From positions 20,291 through 84,290 of IMG/VR virus record IMGVR_UViG_3300033075_000861: 64,000 bases of DNA, one strand, 5' to 3'. The notes under the pieces are model-generated. The model was not told the origin of the DNA. It saw only the letters and a list, made by a program, of their open reading frames with translations, and made no database searches. Below are positions 1 through 9,705 of this stretch, one piece after another (the stretch's first letter is position 1; every line of letters starts with the position of its first letter). The stretch comes from a virus. Lineage: Duplodnaviria; Caudoviricetes. Position numbers and translations under genes: made by a program.

Positions 1-147
1 GTTCTGCCCCTACGTCCCGATCTCCACGACCGGCATGCGGATCGCCGGGCTGAACGAGTCCAAGGGCATCCGCTACAGCTTCTACACCCGCTACGGCTGG
101 GGCTACCACCCCAACGCCGCCAGCTTCTTCGTCAACATGCAGAAGGG

Positions 148-810
148 GTGACCGTGGACGACCACCTGCCGCCGCGTCTGAGGAAGGCCAGAGAACGCGA
201 CCGCAAGCTGCACCCGAACGACGCGGTCGGCAGGGTCTGGGACGAGATCGCCGCCCTCCTGGGCGATGGCTACCACGCCGACTCCAAGGTGACGATCACC
301 CACGGACAGAAGTCGGTCGAGGTCTACGCCTACTCGCTGCTCGGCCTGGACGCCCTCCTGGCCGAGTACGAGGATGAGGAGTTCCACAACTGGCGGGAGC
401 GGGGCAAACCCATCCCGCCGACACCCAAGTTCCATGACGGGTTTGAAGGCGATCTGATGAGGGCCATCGCCGGCGTCCTGACGGACAGGATGCCCTGGCT
501 GAACCACCAGATGACGCGGTGGCCGTGCAGGCAGGATCGTGACGACTTCATCGGCTTCGCCGCCGGTGCCGTCGTGCGGGTTCTGATCGGCCTGAAGAAC
601 AAGGCCGTCGCCAAGATGAACGAAGTTGTCCCTGAGGAGAAGATCAGGGAGGAAGCGTACCTGGCCTGGGAGAAGGCCAAGGAAGCGAACCCCGGCCTGC
701 CGCCGGGCGACGGGAAGGACTTCTGGCTCGCTGCGGAAGCGAGATTGAAGATCCAGAGATTGAAGGAGGCCCTACAGGAGTGCCTCCCAGTCCATGACAC
801 GAAGGAGTGA
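148..810 (+). CDS. Hypothetical protein with C-terminal DUF2934-like motif
   Basis: 220-aa ORF; C-terminal IREEAYLAWEK...GKDFWLAAE resembles DUF2934. Confidence 0.55.
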   Translation: MTVDDHLPPRLRKARERDRKLHPNDAVGRVWDEIAALLGDGYHADSKVTITHGQKSVEVYAYSLLGLDALLAEYEDEEFHNWRERGKPIPPTPKFHDGFEGDLMRAIAGVLTDRMPWLNHQMTRWPCRQDRDDFIGFAAGAVVRVLIGLKNKAVAKMNEVVPEEKIREEAYLAWEKAKEANPGLPPGDGKDFWLAAEARLKIQRLKEALQECLPVHDTKE

Positions 811-1220
811 ACGCAGTGCCTGACCCGACGACGACGACCGACTTCGCCGCCTCCATCAGCGAGGGCGTGGCGGCGAAGCTGGCCGAACTGAACCCGACCA
901 TCAAGGACAAGGTGGTCGAGATCAAGGTGGAGGAGGAACTGGGCAGGAGGACGGAACTGGTCCTCAAGGCCCTGACCAAGCTGGACACGCTGGAGAAGGA
1001 CGCCGCCAAGATCAAGCCGGACCAGATCATCAAGGACGCCCAGACCGGGGCGGTGATCCAGCAGGGCATGTCGCCCCAGAAGTGGAGCGAGAAGGAGAAG
1101 GCCGAGAAGGCACTCAAGGAGATGAAGGAAGCCCTGGCCCAGGCCCTGACAGACGGCAAGTACGACGCCCTCAAGAAGCAGGTCGAGAAGGGCGGCGGCA
1201 AGGACTCAGAGGGACAGTGA
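807..1220 (+). CDS. Hypothetical helical protein
   Basis: GTG start overlapping previous stop; K/E-rich; typical codon usage. Confidence 0.6.
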   Translation: MNAVPDPTTTTDFAASISEGVAAKLAELNPTIKDKVVEIKVEEELGRRTELVLKALTKLDTLEKDAAKIKPDQIIKDAQTGAVIQQGMSPQKWSEKEKAEKALKEMKEALAQALTDGKYDALKKQVEKGGGKDSEGQ

Positions 1221-1697
1221 CACCTGGGCCTTCCCAGGGAAACTCGGGTACACCTTACCCCCCTTCCGCCCCAGGACGAGGATGGAATCCAAGTCCAGGC
1301 TGAAGGGGGGCTTAACACCTTTGTGGCGACGACAAAGTGAGAGGAGGTAGTCATCGCCAACATCGAATGAGTGGGCTACGACCATGTAGGGGTAGGCGAC
1401 CGGGATGCTCGCGGGGGCGGACACCCTCACGGCAGCCATGTAGTCGTCAACGATGACGCTCTCCACCGCCAGGCCGACATCCTGCCCCCACTGAAGGGCG
1501 GGGTTCGACATCATCTCCCTTGTCACCGGCCTGGTGACGACGAGATGGCTGGCACGGCCCATCCAGCGGCTCTTCGGGTGATTCCCCGAGGTCCACTGGT
1601 AGACCGCACGGAGTAGCTCACGCTGCGAACCGGAGGACAGCCAGCAGGCGGCGAACTCGTACTCGCTGGGGTCCGGTTTTTGCATGTCATCGTTCAT
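1206..1697 (-). CDS. Putative 2H-phosphoesterase-fold protein with degenerate HxT motifs
   Basis: ATG 1697 preceded by CTAGATA motif; aligns by eye with 60515-61084 but has SHLV and PYMV in place of HxT. Confidence 0.5.
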   Translation of the reverse strand: MNDDMQKPDPSEYEFAACWLSSGSQRELLRAVYQWTSGNHPKSRWMGRASHLVVTRPVTREMMSNPALQWGQDVGLAVESVIVDDYMAAVRVSAPASIPVAYPYMVVAHSFDVGDDYLLSLCRRHKGVKPPFSLDLDSILVLGRKGGKVYPSFPGKAQVSLSL

Positions 1698-1702
1698 TGC
1701 CC

Positions 1703-1709
1703 TATCTAG
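1703..1709 (-). promoter_or_regulatory. Putative late promoter CTAGATA
   Basis: 5 nt upstream of ATG 1697. Confidence 0.55.
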
Positions 1710-1732
1710 CCCCGTTTGCAGGAGCTTTAGAC

Positions 1733-2677
1733 ATGGGAGAAACCACCGTGCTACTGACCCGCGATGTGCCCCAGGTTGAGAGCGTGGAACAATGGCTGGC
1801 CTACGACGACTCGGGGCACACACAGACCATTCTGGCCGAGGTGGTAGCCAAAAAATACGAGGTCTACAACGCCTGGCTCAAAACGGGACTGGCCCCTGAA
1901 CAGGCGATCCTGGCCCAGAACATGCACACCATGTGGGTGATCGACACGGCGGTCCTGATGGAGAACCAGCGACTCTTCAATGAGATGTGGCCCACCCACC
2001 CCTGGTTCGCCCGACTCTCACTGCCGACCATCCTAACGATGTGCAGGAACTCGACCCTCAACAGCATCGTCAGCACCTGGGCGATGATCAGGCCGACGAG
2101 TTACGGCTCCTTCTGGCAGGACTTCGACGGCAAGCTCACCATCACCGAGCCGGTGCAGTCTCAGGTGATCCCGTACAACCACGTCTGGCACATCCCGGTC
2201 CCCCAGGATGTCCGCAAGCCGTTCACCGTGGAGAATGATGCCGAGATCGCCGCCCAAACCGCGTTCGCCATCATCGACCGGCAGGTCTGCATGATCATGG
2301 AGGTGATCAAGAAAGACCCCGGCTTCCACTTCTCGGGCGACTTCGCCACCACACTGCCCCTGGCCTGCAAAGCTATCCAGGGCAAAGTGGGCGGACTGCC
2401 GACCTGGGCATGTGGCAAGCAGACGACCCTAGATGGGCTGACGCAGATGCCCGGCGTGTCGCTGGTGCCGTGCCCGGTAGCCGACGAAAACGAGTTGTTC
2501 GTCGGCTACCGGGGCAGCTACACCTACGAGTCAGGCATCTGCCTGCACCAGTACGTCCCCCTCGTCCCGGCGAACCAGACCAAGGGGGTAGACATCTCCA
2601 TCCCGGTATACGGCAGGTTCGCCATCACCGTCAGGCCCGACGTGGGCAAGTACTACTTCGCCCACCTCACCCGCTAG
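1733..2677 (+). CDS. Divergent T4 gp23/gp24-like capsid protein paralog
   Basis: TAVLMENQ and LFVGYRGSYTYESGICLHQYVPL match gp23-family segments (TAxLLENQ; VGYKGxxxxDAGxxYxPYVPL). Confidence 0.65.
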   Translation: MGETTVLLTRDVPQVESVEQWLAYDDSGHTQTILAEVVAKKYEVYNAWLKTGLAPEQAILAQNMHTMWVIDTAVLMENQRLFNEMWPTHPWFARLSLPTILTMCRNSTLNSIVSTWAMIRPTSYGSFWQDFDGKLTITEPVQSQVIPYNHVWHIPVPQDVRKPFTVENDAEIAAQTAFAIIDRQVCMIMEVIKKDPGFHFSGDFATTLPLACKAIQGKVGGLPTWACGKQTTLDGLTQMPGVSLVPCPVADENELFVGYRGSYTYESGICLHQYVPLVPANQTKGVDISIPVYGRFAITVRPDVGKYYFAHLTR

Positions 2678-3036
2678 AAGGGGATGTCGTCGCCGTACTT
2701 GTCGTTGAGGTAGTACTCGTTCACCTTCGGCAGGCCGATCTCCTCGACCTTGTTGAAGAGTGCGAGTTGGTGACTCGGGTCGATCAGCGAGCCGACGCTG
2801 ATCGGCCCATGCCAGTGGACAATCTCGCTCATCGCCAGGTTCTTGTCGCGGTCGTATAGGCACTCGGCGTAGAAGCCGACTTCATCACCCGTCCGCGTCC
2901 GGTGGCCGTAGCCACCCCAACCGTCGAGCATGGTCGAGACACGGACCACCTCCAGCGTGTCGATCTTGACACGCCTGTCCTCGCCAGCCATACCCCGCAG
3001 GGCGATATACACCTTGTCTTGCTGCTGAGTGTCCAT
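2674..3036 (-). CDS. Hypothetical protein
   Basis: 120-aa ORF with AAGGAGGTG ribosome-binding site. Confidence 0.65.
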   Translation of the reverse strand: MDTQQQDKVYIALRGMAGEDRRVKIDTLEVVRVSTMLDGWGGYGHRTRTGDEVGFYAECLYDRDKNLAMSEIVHWHGPISVGSLIDPSHQLALFNKVEEIGLPKVNEYYLNDKYGDDIPF

Positions 3037-3251
3037 GCGACACCTCCTTTCAGCAACAGGTTAGCCGGGGCATCTCCCCTGTCAATGAAGGAGGAGGCCC
3101 CAGATCAGCCAGCCGAGGCCAAGACCCAAAGCAAAAATGAGGACGACGAACAACCCGCAGCCGATCACAGCCCTCTGAGCCACTCTCTCCAGATTACGAT
3201 CACCGAACATGGTCCTCTCCTTTGCCCTACAATCACCTGTAGGAGGTGAGT

Positions 3252-3554
3252 ATGGCTTTCATCAGAATCAACATGCCTTTCGTGACGGAGCCTGGCGAGC
3301 CGCCGGCCCCTCAGGAGTTGGTCGATCTTGTCGTCGGCAAGATGAGGAACTGGCTGTCGGAGAGGGGCCTTGAGGGCGAACTCGACGTTCTGGACAAGGA
3401 CGGGACCAAGATCCCCAGCCTGAAGGTTCTCAAACCGGCAGAGTGGGTCAGGGAGGACATGCAGGCGTTCGCAGCCCAGGCCGGCGAACACCTCAAGAGT
3501 ATCCTGGCGGAACTGGGCACCGAGGGCGAGGAGCCTGAGGCCCAGGCTCAGTAG
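3252..3554 (+). CDS. Hypothetical protein
   Basis: AGGAGGTG RBS before ATG 3252. Confidence 0.65.
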   Translation: MAFIRINMPFVTEPGEPPAPQELVDLVVGKMRNWLSERGLEGELDVLDKDGTKIPSLKVLKPAEWVREDMQAFAAQAGEHLKSILAELGTEGEEPEAQAQ

Positions 3555-5710
3555 TCCCAGCGGCTGCTCTTCATCTTGTTGGCGAGGTCGCGGACCTTGT
3601 CGAGGTTGTCGCGGAAGAAGCGGGCCGCGTTCTTGGCGTGTTTCTGGACGACCTCCTTGGCGAGGTCCGCGATGGCATGACGCCGGCGGACGTAGTCGTC
3701 CACCAGTCTAGCCGGGGCGTTCCGCAGCATCCCCAGCAGCGTGACGCCGTCGTAGAGCTTACGGTAGCGTCCGTGGTCGGCCTCCCCCTCGTTGCCGTCG
3801 TACTGGAAGCAAGGACGAACGTCCGACAGGGCCGAGCCGACGCGGCGGCTCAACTCCTCCAGAATCGCCGGACGCATCATCTTGTGGACCGCCCTGATCA
3901 GCTTCCCCCTCATGTAGTACAGGGTCCGCTTGTTGATCAGATGGGTGCTGGTCTGGATGGCGTTGGACAGCGACACGTCCATCGCCTTACTCATCTCACT
4001 GTCCACCACGTTCCGCACGTCCCAGGTAACCCAGACGGCCCGGTGGCTGTCCCAGTCCAGGGTGTAGCTGATGTCGTGGTTCTTGTGCATGTGACGCCAC
4101 AGGTACGCCTGCCACACGCTGTCGATGCTGTCGCTGAGATCCTCGTCGGCGTTCAGCCTCAGGCCGTCCCCCAGGTACTGTGAGGCCAGGGAGTAGCCCA
4201 GGCCGGACAGTTCGCGGTCCTCCTCGTCGTAGCGGGCACCGTTGTGGTCAAGTTCAGCCGCCTCCAGACAGAGCTTGATGTAGTCCCACAGGCCGGAACT
4301 GCCCGACCCCAGGGCCTCGACCTTGTCGGCCAACCCCAGGATCTGCTCCTTGACCCATTCCTTGAACTCAGGCTTCTTGTAGGAGTGGTTGTTGACAAGA
4401 TGCAGGTACTTGATCAGCCGGGGCAGGGTGGAAGCCTTAGCCACGACCTCCTGGGCCACCGTCAGTAGCAGGTCGTCGTCCACCGGCTCAGGCAACGCCG
4501 GTTTAGGCTCCGTCCGGTGCGTGGTCCTACGCTCGTTCTCGTAGCGAACGTGGCTCTCGATCTGGGTCAGTTTCTCCCACATCTCCTCAAGGTCGCGGAA
4601 CTTCATCGACGGGACAAGTTCCAGCACCAGGGCCTTGAGGTCGAAGAGAAGGTTGCTGACGATGGGTTCCGCCGAATCGGAGTGGCCCATGTCGTCAAAG
4701 ACGTTCAGGACGACGCGGAGGATCTCCTTCTTGCCCTGTCCGTCAGCCAGGTCCACCATCTCCTGGGTGAAACGGGACAGGTACTCGGGCGGGCGGACGT
4801 TCTCGGGGACCGCGTGGTCCTTGTCCAGCAGGCTCAGGACCAGGCCACGGAGTTGGTCGCTGGCGAGGTCGGCCAGGTCGAAATTGATTTCCTCCATGTA
4901 GCCGCCGCCGACGACCTTCTTGACGTAGGGAGACACCAGCAGGGCACAGATGGCCGGGTGGTAGACGCTGGTCGGCTTGGTGTTGCCGACGCCCTTCATC
5001 TCCCCCAACTCACCGTTGTTGCAGATGAACGTCAGGTGGACGCGGTCTTCGGCGTCCCTGAGGGACAGGATGTTGTCGCCCTTCCTCTTGCCGGCGTTGC
5101 CGCAGTGACCGCCGGCGGCTCCCTCGGCACGGCTGTAGCCGCAGCCGAGACTCTTCCACGTCCACCCGGTCCAATTCTCATGTGCCCAGTGCTGCTGATC
5201 ACCCCTGGGCAGCGAGAGGATCACCTCGGGGTGGTGGCTGAAGAGTTCGTAGACGACCCTCTCCACCTCCACGATGACGTGGCCGAGAGGCCCTTTGTCG
5301 AACTTGCGGTCGGAGAAGGCAAGTTGGCGGTGGTAACGCTGGGAGTCGGCAGTGATCTGGGTACGGCTGTAGGAGGTCGAGTTCAGGCGGCTGCGGAGGG
5401 CGTTGTCGTTGGCGTAAGCCGTTAGGTAGGCCCCCAGCGTGTCCCAGTCGTCGCGGAACTTGGCCGGGACCGTGTCGAGGCTGACCTTCTCCATCCCGTA
5501 CAGCCAGGAGAAGTAGGCGGCGAGGCTCTCAATGAAGCGTGCGTTCAGACCCCCGACCTGGCCCAACGCCTGGCGGACGGCTTGTTTGACCGAGCGGATG
5601 TACTCGGAAGTCAGTTCGTTGCGGGCCATTGCGGCTACTGACACTGCCTCTTTGACCTGAAAGAACTCACGGAAGTTAATAGTTGGCATCCCTCTGACCG
5701 TGTCCTTCAT
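3548..5710 (-). CDS. Large protein with PcfJ-like domain
   Basis: EGAAGGHCG...ILSLR...HLTF...EMKGVGNTKP resembles the PcfJ-like motif; late-promoter motif upstream. Confidence 0.55.
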   Translation of the reverse strand: MKDTVRGMPTINFREFFQVKEAVSVAAMARNELTSEYIRSVKQAVRQALGQVGGLNARFIESLAAYFSWLYGMEKVSLDTVPAKFRDDWDTLGAYLTAYANDNALRSRLNSTSYSRTQITADSQRYHRQLAFSDRKFDKGPLGHVIVEVERVVYELFSHHPEVILSLPRGDQQHWAHENWTGWTWKSLGCGYSRAEGAAGGHCGNAGKRKGDNILSLRDAEDRVHLTFICNNGELGEMKGVGNTKPTSVYHPAICALLVSPYVKKVVGGGYMEEINFDLADLASDQLRGLVLSLLDKDHAVPENVRPPEYLSRFTQEMVDLADGQGKKEILRVVLNVFDDMGHSDSAEPIVSNLLFDLKALVLELVPSMKFRDLEEMWEKLTQIESHVRYENERRTTHRTEPKPALPEPVDDDLLLTVAQEVVAKASTLPRLIKYLHLVNNHSYKKPEFKEWVKEQILGLADKVEALGSGSSGLWDYIKLCLEAAELDHNGARYDEEDRELSGLGYSLASQYLGDGLRLNADEDLSDSIDSVWQAYLWRHMHKNHDISYTLDWDSHRAVWVTWDVRNVVDSEMSKAMDVSLSNAIQTSTHLINKRTLYYMRGKLIRAVHKMMRPAILEELSRRVGSALSDVRPCFQYDGNEGEADHGRYRKLYDGVTLLGMLRNAPARLVDDYVRRRHAIADLAKEVVQKHAKNAARFFRDNLDKVRDLANKMKSSRWDY

Positions 5711-5716
5711 ACCCGT

Positions 5717-5723
5717 TATGTAG
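5717..5723 (-). promoter_or_regulatory. Putative late promoter CTACATA
   Basis: 6 nt upstream of ATG 5710. Confidence 0.55.
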
Positions 5724-5757
5724 ACCTGCGGAGTGCCTTAGACAGTCGCCGTAGCCA

Positions 5758-6525
5758 CTATCTAGCACGACGGACGTACTCAGCGGTCAGCTTGATCGCC
5801 TCCTTAACGAACTTCACCCGGTCGGACAACTCTGCCTGGCCGGGAACTTCTAGCGTCAGCACCGGGACGCCCAGGTCCGCGAGCTTGTCCTCGACGGTGC
5901 GGCGGTTGACGTGCGGGGGTTTCACCAACCCATCCTTTATCTGAGCGTACTCGGGGAACCAAGGTTCGCCTTCTTTCGGCTTTTTCGGCTCGGGGATCGG
6001 CTTCTGGATGGTGAAGTACTCCTCGGCGGCGTCTCGGACCTTCTCGGCCAACGACTTGCAGCGGTTGTAGTAGGCGTAGAACCCCTTCAGGTCGGGGTCT
6101 TCGTGGAGCGACAGGGCGAAGCGGATCTCCTCGCCGTCGAAGCTCCTCAGGATCTGCCAGGAGTCCTTCTCCTTGTCCCTGGTGTAGAAGGTCCGGTTGA
6201 TGTCTTTCCCTGTGCGGTCCTTCCGCTCGTTCCTTTCATACCCTGCCGCGTTCAGCAGAGGGTAGGCCAGAATCCTGACCTTCTCGTCCGGGTTGTCCTC
6301 CAAGTATTCCAGCGTCCCCAGGGGGCCTGACTTCTCGTTGCCGTGGTGGCCGGCGAGGACGAGCAAGGTGGCCTCGCCCGAAATCGAATTGGCCTCGATG
6401 CGGTAGACGGGGAAGCGTTCGGTGCCGGCGACGATGTCGCCGCCCAACTTCTTCATGCGGTTGAGCAGGTGGCTCAACTGCGGGGGGCTGGTCATGTTGA
6501 TGAACGAACGGAAGCCTTTGAGCAT
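5758..6525 (-). CDS. M14-family zinc peptidase (succinylglutamate desuccinylase/aspartoacylase-like)
   Basis: AGHHGNEKSG, DINRTF, SLHED and LEVP motifs. Confidence 0.75.
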   Translation of the reverse strand: MLKGFRSFINMTSPPQLSHLLNRMKKLGGDIVAGTERFPVYRIEANSISGEATLLVLAGHHGNEKSGPLGTLEYLEDNPDEKVRILAYPLLNAAGYERNERKDRTGKDINRTFYTRDKEKDSWQILRSFDGEEIRFALSLHEDPDLKGFYAYYNRCKSLAEKVRDAAEEYFTIQKPIPEPKKPKEGEPWFPEYAQIKDGLVKPPHVNRRTVEDKLADLGVPVLTLEVPGQAELSDRVKFVKEAIKLTAEYVRRAR

Positions 6526-6529
6526 GACC

Positions 6530-6536
6530 TATCTAG
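6530..6536 (-). promoter_or_regulatory. Putative late promoter CTAGATA
   Basis: 4 nt upstream of ATG 6525. Confidence 0.55.
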
Positions 6537-6584
6537 TTGGCGGGAGGGCGGCTATAATCGCCCGCCGACTCAATGAGGTTAGCC

Positions 6585-8078
6585 ATGACAGCCGCCAAGA
6601 TCGTCGTCAACAACGACTTCTCCTTCATCACCGAGGCCATTCCCGGCCTCCACCAGAAGCTGTGGAAGGCCCTCAGGAAGAGGGCCAAAGACTACTTCTT
6701 CCACCCCCTCTACCGTCAGAAGAAGTGGGACGGCTTTATCGACTTCTACGGCAAGACCACCGGCAGGTTCATGACCGGGCTGCTGCCTGAGGTCGAGGCC
6801 GCTCTGGGCGTCTGGGAGGTTCCCTACGAACTGGACGACCAGCGTCCGCCCATGCACTTCCGGCAACAGACCATCGATGAGAACTTCTTCAACTGCTTCC
6901 TGCCCCAGTCAGGCCTGTGGCCGGACGGCAGCGAGGCCAAGCCGATCACCCCACGCGACTACCAGATCGACCTGACCGCCAAGGCGATCATGCTCCACCG
7001 GGGCATCATCCAGGCCCCTACGAGGGCCGGCAAGTCCCTTATGATGGTCGGCCTGGCCCACTGCCTGCCGCCCAACACGCCGATGTTGTTCACCACCAAG
7101 CAGTCCTCGCTGGTGCTGCAAATCTACGAGGATCTGGTCAAGTGGGGCGTCCCCAACGTCGGCATGGTCGGCGGCGGCAAGAACAAGCCCGACGTGATCA
7201 CCTGCTGCACCCTGGACTCGCTCCACAAGCTGGAGAGGCTGTTCCCTTTCATCCGCGTCCTCATCGTGGACGAGTGCCACAAGATGATGACCAAGAAGGC
7301 CAAGGCGTGCTACCGGGCCTGCAAGAAAGCCAACGTGCGTCTCGCCTTCAGTGCCACGCCCTTCAAGTTCAGCGAGCGTGACCCCGACAACCCTAAGCCT
7401 ACTGAGGGCGATCAGGTCCAGAAGTTCATGCTCAAGGGGTTCTTCGGGCCGATCATCCTCACGTCCACCACCGAAAGTGGTTTGCTGACGACCAAGGAGC
7501 TTCAGGAGCGTGGCATCCTAAGCAAGTCCAACTGCACCTTCTACAAGATCAAGGAGCCTAAGCTCCCCTACGCCCTCTACGCCGACGCCGTCAACCAGGG
7601 CATGGTGGAGTCGCACCATTTTCATCAGGTCGTCCGCAGCCTGGTGAAGACTCTCAAGGGGCGGACCCTGATCCTCGTCCAGAGGGTGCCCCACGGCGAG
7701 ATCCTGTCCAAGATGATCCCAGGGTCCATCTGGGTCAGCGGCAAGGACACCCTGAAGAACCGTAAGCAGGTCATCAAGATGCTGTGCGAGAGCGAGTCGG
7801 CGGTCGCCATCGCCACGCAGCAAATCTTCAATGACGGCATCACGGTCAAGATCCACAACCTGATCAACGCCGCCGGCGGCAAGGCGAGCCACGACATCAC
7901 CCAGAGGCTGGGGCGTGGTCTGGGCACCGCTGACGACAAGGACAGCCTGGAGTACTACGACTGGAAGTTCGACGGCGTGAACCCCTACCTCGATGACCAC
8001 AGCGACGACCGTATCAGGATCATCGGCAACGAGGGCCACAACGTCACGGTCAAGGAGATCGACTTCCCGGTGGCTTAG
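6585..8078 (+). CDS. uvsW: UvsW-like superfamily 2 DNA helicase
   Basis: APTRAGKS Walker A, DECH, SATP, QRLGRGL; N-terminal extension typical of T4-like UvsW. Confidence 0.8.
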   Translation: MTAAKIVVNNDFSFITEAIPGLHQKLWKALRKRAKDYFFHPLYRQKKWDGFIDFYGKTTGRFMTGLLPEVEAALGVWEVPYELDDQRPPMHFRQQTIDENFFNCFLPQSGLWPDGSEAKPITPRDYQIDLTAKAIMLHRGIIQAPTRAGKSLMMVGLAHCLPPNTPMLFTTKQSSLVLQIYEDLVKWGVPNVGMVGGGKNKPDVITCCTLDSLHKLERLFPFIRVLIVDECHKMMTKKAKACYRACKKANVRLAFSATPFKFSERDPDNPKPTEGDQVQKFMLKGFFGPIILTSTTESGLLTTKELQERGILSKSNCTFYKIKEPKLPYALYADAVNQGMVESHHFHQVVRSLVKTLKGRTLILVQRVPHGEILSKMIPGSIWVSGKDTLKNRKQVIKMLCESESAVAIATQQIFNDGITVKIHNLINAAGGKASHDITQRLGRGLGTADDKDSLEYYDWKFDGVNPYLDDHSDDRIRIIGNEGHNVTVKEIDFPVA

Positions 8079-8085
8079 GCCCCGG

Positions 8086-8310
8086 TTAGCCTGTGATGAG
8101 TTCCACCAGGGCCTTGACGCCCAGGTAGGTTGCCAGGAACAGGATCATGAAGGTCAGGACGACCACCTTGTTCAGTGTCATGATCCACAGGAGGGACAGG
8201 AACGATTCGGCCCTGTTCTCCAGAAACGCATTCAGCCCGCAGCCCGGCTCGGGCCGGGACCACATCCTCTTCCAATGGTACGCATAGAGCCGGCAAAAGG
8301 CACGAATCAC
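8086..8310 (-). CDS. Small membrane protein
   Basis: Hydrophobic C-terminal half. Confidence 0.45.
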   Translation of the reverse strand: MIRAFCRLYAYHWKRMWSRPEPGCGLNAFLENRAESFLSLLWIMTLNKVVVLTFMILFLATYLGVKALVELITG

Positions 8311-8810
8311 GGCAGAAGGGCTTTTAGATTATAGAGGTCGTAGGACATGAACTTGGCCCACTCCTCGTCGTTGTCCTCGACCGTCTGCGTGTCCTTGATG
8401 AACTGGCCCAGGAACTCGGAGTACTCGTCGCCGTAGTGGCCCAGTAGTTCCTCGCCGGCGGCGATGTCCCTGAGGAAATAGTAGACGATCTGGGTGGCGT
8501 GCTGACTCCGCTTGGCGAAGCCTTTGTCCATGCAGCGGATCTCGACGTTTTGTTTGTTGCGGTCCTGGGTGTGGTTGACCAGCCCGGCGAAGCCCAGCGG
8601 CACGATGACCGACTTCTTGTCCGGGGCCAGGAACTTGTAGCGGTCGGCGTAGCGGCTGCACTTCTCGCTGAGGCCGTCCACGCGGACGCCGATGACTTCC
8701 AGCCAGTCGCCGGCTTTGAGGTCTTCTTTGGCGAAGCAGCCGAGTCCGGCCTCAGGGATGGTGGACCTGTCGATGTAGTACCTCAGGTCCGTCTCCTGAA
8801 CGTACATCAT
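8307..8810 (-). CDS. SET-domain protein (putative lysine methyltransferase)
   Basis: STIPEAGLGCFAKEDL, GLVNH and LRDIAAGEELLGHY are the SET signature motifs. Confidence 0.85.
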   Translation of the reverse strand: MMYVQETDLRYYIDRSTIPEAGLGCFAKEDLKAGDWLEVIGVRVDGLSEKCSRYADRYKFLAPDKKSVIVPLGFAGLVNHTQDRNKQNVEIRCMDKGFAKRSQHATQIVYYFLRDIAAGEELLGHYGDEYSEFLGQFIKDTQTVEDNDEEWAKFMSYDLYNLKALLP

Positions 8811-9088
8811 TGGAACACCTCCTCGTTGACCTCGATCAGGCCCTCCTCCAGGGCGTGGTTGATCTCGGCCAGTGTGACCGGCCTGCCGATGAAATCCCCG
8901 AAAGACTGGGTCAGGTGGGTGATGATGTTGCCGACGATGCCCCGCATGATCTTAGGGTCTGACCCGTACATGAGGACCGCCTTGCGGATCGCAGCCTCAT
9001 CCGGCCCCCAGTCGAATGCCTCGTCTCCAACGACTATCACCCGCCCGTACTCGGGGAACTCCTCGATGTAGATCGACTTGATGCTCAC
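8807..9088 (-). CDS. Hypothetical protein
   Basis: GTG start after GGAG; coupled to neighbours. Confidence 0.55.
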   Translation of the reverse strand: MSIKSIYIEEFPEYGRVIVVGDEAFDWGPDEAAIRKAVLMYGSDPKIMRGIVGNIITHLTQSFGDFIGRPVTLAEINHALEEGLIEVNEEVFQ

Positions 9089-9705
9089 CGTGCCTTCTCC
9101 GTGGTGACGATCTGGACCTGCATGCGGCCCTGGGGGAACGGCCCCTCCCACGCCACGTTTCGGTTGACGATCCGGTGCCCGCCAGCGGCGACGACCTGCT
9201 CCAGACGCTGTTTTGTGACGAAGACGTGGTGGAAGTCGGTGCCGTTATCGATGTCGCGGTCGGTGATCTGGATGTCGAACACCGCCCTGGGTGCCAGGCT
9301 GAGGAGCAGCATAAGAACGTCGTCGCACTCATGCAGGCCGAAGTGCTTCAGGAAGGCGAAACAGCAGGCCAGGTCGAACTCGCCGTGGTTCTCTTTCAGC
9401 CAGGCCGGGCTGATCTCCCGCACGTCGCGGTAGACAAAAGTGCGGTCAGGCCGGTTCTTGCCTTTGGCCCAGCCCAGGAAGGTCGGGTTCTTGTCGAAAC
9501 CGACGTAGCGGACGCCGGCAGGCAGTTCCCTGGCAATCCAGCCAGAACCGCAGCCCAGTTCCACCACGCTCTTGGCGTTGAACTCGGACAGGGCGAGTTC
9601 AAGCTGGGCATAGTTCCGCTTGTACTCCTTGACCTCGTCCCAGGCTTTCTCCTCAGCGATGGCGAGGTCGCCAACGTAGTACTCAGAGATGTCCTTCATT
9701 ACCAC
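9085..9705 (-). CDS. Class I SAM-dependent methyltransferase
   Basis: VVELGCGSG motif I, YVGFD, FDL. Confidence 0.8.
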   Translation of the reverse strand: MVMKDISEYYVGDLAIAEEKAWDEVKEYKRNYAQLELALSEFNAKSVVELGCGSGWIARELPAGVRYVGFDKNPTFLGWAKGKNRPDRTFVYRDVREISPAWLKENHGEFDLACCFAFLKHFGLHECDDVLMLLLSLAPRAVFDIQITDRDIDNGTDFHHVFVTKQRLEQVVAAGGHRIVNRNVAWEGPFPQGRMQVQIVTTEKAR

